NCBI GenBank assembly: GCA_021163645.1
Contig: JAGGTN010000029.1
Location: forward strand, 1 to 44,135
Source: Candidatus Micrarchaeota archaeon
Lineage (GTDB): Archaea; Micrarchaeota; Micrarchaeia; Anstonellales; JAGGTN01
DNA length: 44,135 nucleotides
Direction of reading: 5' to 3'
Shown: positions 43,877-44,135 of the stretch, one piece after another
Position numbering within the stretch: the stretch's first letter is position 1
How the letters are laid out: every line of letters begins with the position of its first letter
The notes under the pieces: model-generated
What the model saw: the letters and a program-made list of their open reading frames with translations, nothing else
Database searches by the model: none
Told to the model about the DNA's origin: nothing
Translations under genes and position numbers: made by a program

Positions 43877-44014
43877 GATAGATTAATACATGCTAATATA
43901 TTTAAATCTTTCTCTCCCATTTCTATCTATAACTATCCTCAATTGCTATTCTATTCATTTCATTCTGTGAAAATAGTGAAAGAGGATGCTGATGATAGAT
44001 GGGATGGTGAGAAC

Positions 44015-44135
44015 ATGACAACTATAATGGAAATCCAAACAAACCAAATGAATTTTGTATTTATCATGGGTATGATTAGCCTGTTTATCTTAATTACAGG
44101 ATTTATCAGTACTTGTTCTGCAACAGATACGATCG
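44015..44135 (+). CDS. Partial ORF for a signal-peptide protein (runs off window edge)
   Basis: The ATG at 44015 follows GGTGAGAAC. MTTIMEIQTNQMNFVFIMGMISLFILITGFISTCSATDTI... has a hydrophobic signal-like segment ending in a Cys. Confidence 0.4.
   Translation, partial: MTTIMEIQTNQMNFVFIMGMISLFILITGFISTCSATDTI

Noticed and set aside
1-44135. Alternative genetic code or stop-codon reassignment
   Set aside because: Long conserved genes end at TAA, TAG (metG, top6A) and TGA (top6B, 16381..17172), at positions consistent with the protein ends. No in-frame stops interrupt conserved domains, apart from the PPDK relic and the NifX-like frameshift.

Overview
AT-rich, gene-dense archaeal chromosome segment, roughly 30% G+C by eye except for the first ~530 nt. 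Genes are mostly on the plus strand up to ~19 kb and almost entirely on the minus strand after that.

Recognisable content is mainly housekeeping:
- Information processing: topoisomerase VI B and A, archaeal-type LeuRS, MetRS and TrpRS, a Dim2-like KH protein, a small GTPase with a Zn-ribbon partner, ScpA/ScpB, Sec61-beta.
- Repair: family-4 uracil-DNA glycosylase and MutL.
- Metabolism and redox: form III-like RuBisCO, glutamate dehydrogenase, thioredoxin and thioredoxin reductase, an Mrp-like ATPase with a DUF59 protein.
- Two intron-containing tRNAs not in the ORF track: tRNA-Gly(CCC) with two introns and tRNA-Asn(GUU) with a 99-nt intron.

This gene set, the multi-intron tRNAs and the many orphan genes suggest a small-genome, DPANN-like archaeon. 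That assignment is inference only.

The best candidate for an undescribed system is a co-directional four-gene orphan cluster at 34.4-42.3 kb on the minus strand. It is centred on a 1638-aa protein that combines a Gly/Ala-rich hydrophobic block, two GGDEF-like palm domains (one with GGTEEF, one degenerate) and a C-terminal motif set resembling APH/choline-kinase-fold kinases.

Other non-obvious signals:
- Two identical 54-nt tandem units upstream of tRNA-Asn that each fold as a tRNA-acceptor-like minihelix.
- A 52-nt terminator/promoter-like cassette reused at three loci.
- A 58-nt intergenic element in three copies.
- Two related, almost pure G+T intergenic tracts.
- A hairpin-bearing element in two copies.
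- A G+C-rich relic of pyruvate phosphate dikinase.
- A frameshifted NifX-like gene.

No rRNA, CRISPR array or transposase was seen.
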